Of a stretch of 64,000 nucleotides of DNA, positions 61,374-64,000 are shown piece after piece. Position 1 is the stretch's first letter. Every line of letters starts with the position of its first letter. Both the position numbers and the translations under genes were made by a program. Source of the stretch: Marinoscillum sp. (lineage in GTDB: Bacteria > Bacteroidota > Bacteroidia > Cytophagales > MED-G16); the NCBI GenBank assembly GCA_042095375.1, contig JBELBJ010000006.1, forward strand, positions 1,169 through 65,168, read 5' to 3'. The notes under the pieces are model-generated. The model was not told the origin of the DNA. It was given only the letters and a program-made list of their open reading frames with translations, and did not search any database.

Positions 61374-61907
61374 ATGAAAAAAATAAACATACTTGTAATT
61401 GGACTTTTACTAACTACACTAACCTCTTTTGGTCAAAATATTAAAATAGGTTACACAAATGTTGAATATATATTAAGTTTCTTACCTGAAACCAAACAGG
61501 TTCAGGCTGAGGTTCAAGCATATGGAACTCAATTGCAAAATCAACTGCAATCTAAAATAACTGATTTTCAATCAAAAGCAGAGACATTTCAGAGAGAAGC
61601 TGCAACAATGACTGAGATTATTAGAGCAGATAAGCAAGAAGAATTACAAAATCTTCAAAATTCTATTGAAAAATTTCAAAGAGAAGCTCAGACGGCAATA
61701 ACAACAAAGGAAACTGAATTATTTAAGCCTTTATTTGAAAAGATAAGTAGCGCTATAAATAAAGTTGCTGAACAGGAATCATTTTCTCATGTATTTAGTG
61801 CAGGGGTTCCGGGTGTTGATGTTTTATTATATGCACAACCTTCGGATGATATTTCTAATATAGTTTTAAAAGAGTTGGGAATTGATCCGCCAGAAACAGA
61901 AGAATAA
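61374..61907 (+). CDS. OmpH/Skp family periplasmic chaperone (second copy)
   Basis: I prefer the ATG at 61374 (MKKINILVIGLLL). It has an IGYTNVEYIL start and a Q/E-rich coiled coil. The track begins at a TTG at 61353. Confidence 0.75.
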   Translation: MKKINILVIGLLLTTLTSFGQNIKIGYTNVEYILSFLPETKQVQAEVQAYGTQLQNQLQSKITDFQSKAETFQREAATMTEIIRADKQEELQNLQNSIEKFQREAQTAITTKETELFKPLFEKISSAINKVAEQESFSHVFSAGVPGVDVLLYAQPSDDISNIVLKELGIDPPETEE

Positions 61908-61909
61908 TT

Positions 61910-62863
61910 CTATTTAGATTTCAACCCTATTTCTTTAAGTCTTTTTTCTAAAAATCCCCTTGCGTCAATATCTGTGTATTGTTTAGGATTATCTTTATCT
62001 ATGCAGCTTTCAAGACAAGATAAACCCATATCTGGTCTAGGGTGTAGAAAAAATGGTATTGAAAACCTTGAAGTATGCAATAATTCTTTTTCAGGATTTA
62101 CTACCCTGTGAATTGTTGACTTTAATTTATTATTTGTTAATCTCTCAAGCATATCGCCAACATTGATTACAAGATGATCCTCTTTAGCTTCAATAGGTAT
62201 CCACTTGTTATTTCTTGTTAATATTTCAAGTCCTTTTGCACTAGCCCCCATTAAAATTGTTATAAAATTAATATCGCCATGGGCTCCAGCTCTAACAGCA
62301 TTTTTATTTATATTAATATTATGGATAGGGAAATAATGAATTGCTCTCATAATACTTTCACCTCCCCTAACTTTATTTTCAAAATATTTTTTATCTAAAT
62401 TCAGATATAATGCAATCGATTTTAAAATATTCAACCCTATGTTTTCAAGTTCTAAATATGTCTTAGTTGCATATTTCTCAAATAAGGGGAATTCTTTAGG
62501 CCAAACATTTTCACCGTAATCTCCAGTAGAATCAGGGTGTCCAACATGATAAAACTCTTTAAGATCACCAACTTTACTTCCTTTTGCATGTTCTTTTCCT
62601 TTACCAACATACCCTCTTTGACCATTTTTTGAAGGAATTTCATATTGTTTTTTTTTGTGATCGTCCAAATAAAAGAATTCTTTAATTTGATCATATAAGT
62701 TACTTACTAGTGAAGAGTCTAAACCGTGGTTTTTTATAATCGCAAAACCTATTTGATTAAAAGAATCTCCAATAGCTGATACAAAATGTTTTTGTTCATC
62801 TAAATTTCCGTAATTGAATTTATCTAAATCAAGAGTTGGAACCTTTGATAATTCTGAGCTCAT
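61910..62863 (-). CDS. 2-oxoglutarate/Fe(II)-dependent oxygenase (isopenicillin N synthase family)
   Basis: HxD...H facial triad context (GAHGDINFITIL ... STIHRV) and a DIOX_N-like N-terminus. Confidence 0.8.
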   Translation of the reverse strand: MSSELSKVPTLDLDKFNYGNLDEQKHFVSAIGDSFNQIGFAIIKNHGLDSSLVSNLYDQIKEFFYLDDHKKKQYEIPSKNGQRGYVGKGKEHAKGSKVGDLKEFYHVGHPDSTGDYGENVWPKEFPLFEKYATKTYLELENIGLNILKSIALYLNLDKKYFENKVRGGESIMRAIHYFPIHNININKNAVRAGAHGDINFITILMGASAKGLEILTRNNKWIPIEAKEDHLVINVGDMLERLTNNKLKSTIHRVVNPEKELLHTSRFSIPFFLHPRPDMGLSCLESCIDKDNPKQYTDIDARGFLEKRLKEIGLKSK

Positions 62864-62865
62864 TT

Positions 62866-63303
62866 TTATTCTACTTTAATTTTGATTGATGAAGACATTT
62901 CTTTACCATAAGAAGCATGAACACCATCTGCAAATTGTAACGAAATAATGTATTCACCTGGAGGAAGGTCTAAAGAAGCATCAGTTTGTCCTTGACCATA
63001 ATGAAGTGTTGAATCACTCATTGGTATGACTGATCCTTTTGGCCAAAAATTTTGATTAATCAAAATATGATGATGGCCAAATCCAATATTTACTTTTCCG
63101 GCGGGTTCAATTTTCATGCCCTCTAGACCCATATCTATAAATACAGGACTTGAAACAGTACCATTATCTTTAGGCCATTTAAAATAAACTCTATTTGTTA
63201 CTTCCTTAATAGTGATATTTGACTTACTATCAGAATTATTAGGTTTTCTATTACAAGAAATAGAAAAATTTAATATTATTAATACAACAAATAATTTTTT
63301 CAT
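62866..63303 (-). CDS. DUF4399 domain lipoprotein
   Basis: Lipobox NFSISCN and the GFGHHHILIN motif typical of DUF4399. It lies 2 nt from the oxygenase gene. Confidence 0.6.
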   Translation of the reverse strand: MKKLFVVLIILNFSISCNRKPNNSDSKSNITIKEVTNRVYFKWPKDNGTVSSPVFIDMGLEGMKIEPAGKVNIGFGHHHILINQNFWPKGSVIPMSDSTLHYGQGQTDASLDLPPGEYIISLQFADGVHASYGKEMSSSIKIKVE

Positions 63304-63313
63304 ATCACAAAAG

Positions 63314-63982
63314 TTAATTAAAAATTTTTTTAAGTATATAATTTGAATTCAAATTCATATTTAATTCAGTTTTTTCTCTAAAATAAACAATAATTATTTC
63401 TAATGCTTTATTTCTAATAGAAGAAGTTGATTTTACATTACAAGAATATTTAGAATTAATTATATCCGATAAGAAATTCGTTACGGATGGACTTTGAGAT
63501 CTAATATTAGAAAAGTCTGAAATACTACTGATTTCAAATCCTAAAAATTTTGAAAATTTAATTAAAAAAATTAGATGAAAATTTTCATAATTATTTTCCA
63601 TTTTATCAAACTCTATTAAAGAATTTCTTATAAAAGAAAATTGATTTGAATCAGGAACTTGAAAAGTGATTAGCTTTAATAAAACTTCAGAGAGAAATAA
63701 ACAGATAGAAATTTTTGTTTGAATATGATGATTCGTAAAATAAATTCTATCAAATTTTAATTCTTTAATTCTCCCAATTTCACTGTTTTTATTTTCATAA
63801 ACAACTAGATCAAGTAAAGATAAAGATTGAAATGAGCTTATGTTAAATCTGCCTTTTTTACTTCTAATACCGTTAATTATATAGCTTTTTAGTCCAAAGT
63901 TTTTAGTGTAAATTTTAGAAATGATTGATGTTTCCTTATACTTTATATAATTTAATACTATACCGTTTGTCTTAGATACCAT
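63314..63982 (-). CDS. recO: DNA repair protein RecO
   Basis: N-terminal OB-fold pattern (GIVLNYIKYKETSIISKIYTKNFGLKSYII) and RecO length. The sequence is divergent and AT-biased. Confidence 0.7.
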   Translation of the reverse strand: MVSKTNGIVLNYIKYKETSIISKIYTKNFGLKSYIINGIRSKKGRFNISSFQSLSLLDLVVYENKNSEIGRIKELKFDRIYFTNHHIQTKISICLFLSEVLLKLITFQVPDSNQFSFIRNSLIEFDKMENNYENFHLIFLIKFSKFLGFEISSISDFSNIRSQSPSVTNFLSDIINSKYSCNVKSTSSIRNKALEIIIVYFREKTELNMNLNSNYILKKIFN

Positions 63983-64000
63983 TTCAATTTGTAATTAAAA

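Overview
The window is strongly AT-rich and very gene-dense. By my tally of the called coordinates it is about 97% coding, with 64 protein-coding genes and one tRNA-Phe(GAA). I found no rRNA, CRISPR array, IS element or intact prophage.

Gene content and signals point to a streamlined marine Bacteroidota/Flavobacteriia chromosome. The evidence is the long NusB, DUF1573, DUF4293, BatD, a NagB-LmbE fusion, the conserved pdxJ/nadK/uppS/bamA/ompH-ompH block, A-rich leaders without Shine-Dalgarno sequences, and TAnnTTTG -7 promoter boxes.

Almost everything is core housekeeping: pckA, coaE, yajC, nusB, truA, htpG, lipB, rnr, rpmA-rplU, nrdBA, ruvB, queG, aroC, cysS, nusA-infB, scpB, rpsU, pdxJ, nadK, uppS, bamA and recO.

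I could not find a convincing new multi-gene system such as a defence island, toxin module or retroelement, and I say so plainly. The features most worth a second look are local oddities:
- A roughly 50-residue Gly/Tyr-only repeat sits in a predicted surface loop of BamA.
- An integrase arm-domain-like segment is fused in frame to the front of nagB. It is preceded by a 17-nt direct repeat and a 20-bp perfect palindrome, and tRNA-Phe lies 2 kb downstream.
- Intrinsic-terminator-like hairpins sit inside the leaders of nrdBA (with a 22-codon uORF ending in the hairpin) and of nusA (no rimP upstream).
- A (GATACA)9 microsatellite encodes (DT)9 in a NifU-type protein.
- A PAPS-type sulfotransferase is wedged between two convergent MsbA-like ABC exporters.

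All functional calls come from motif and family recognition by eye. No searches were run.
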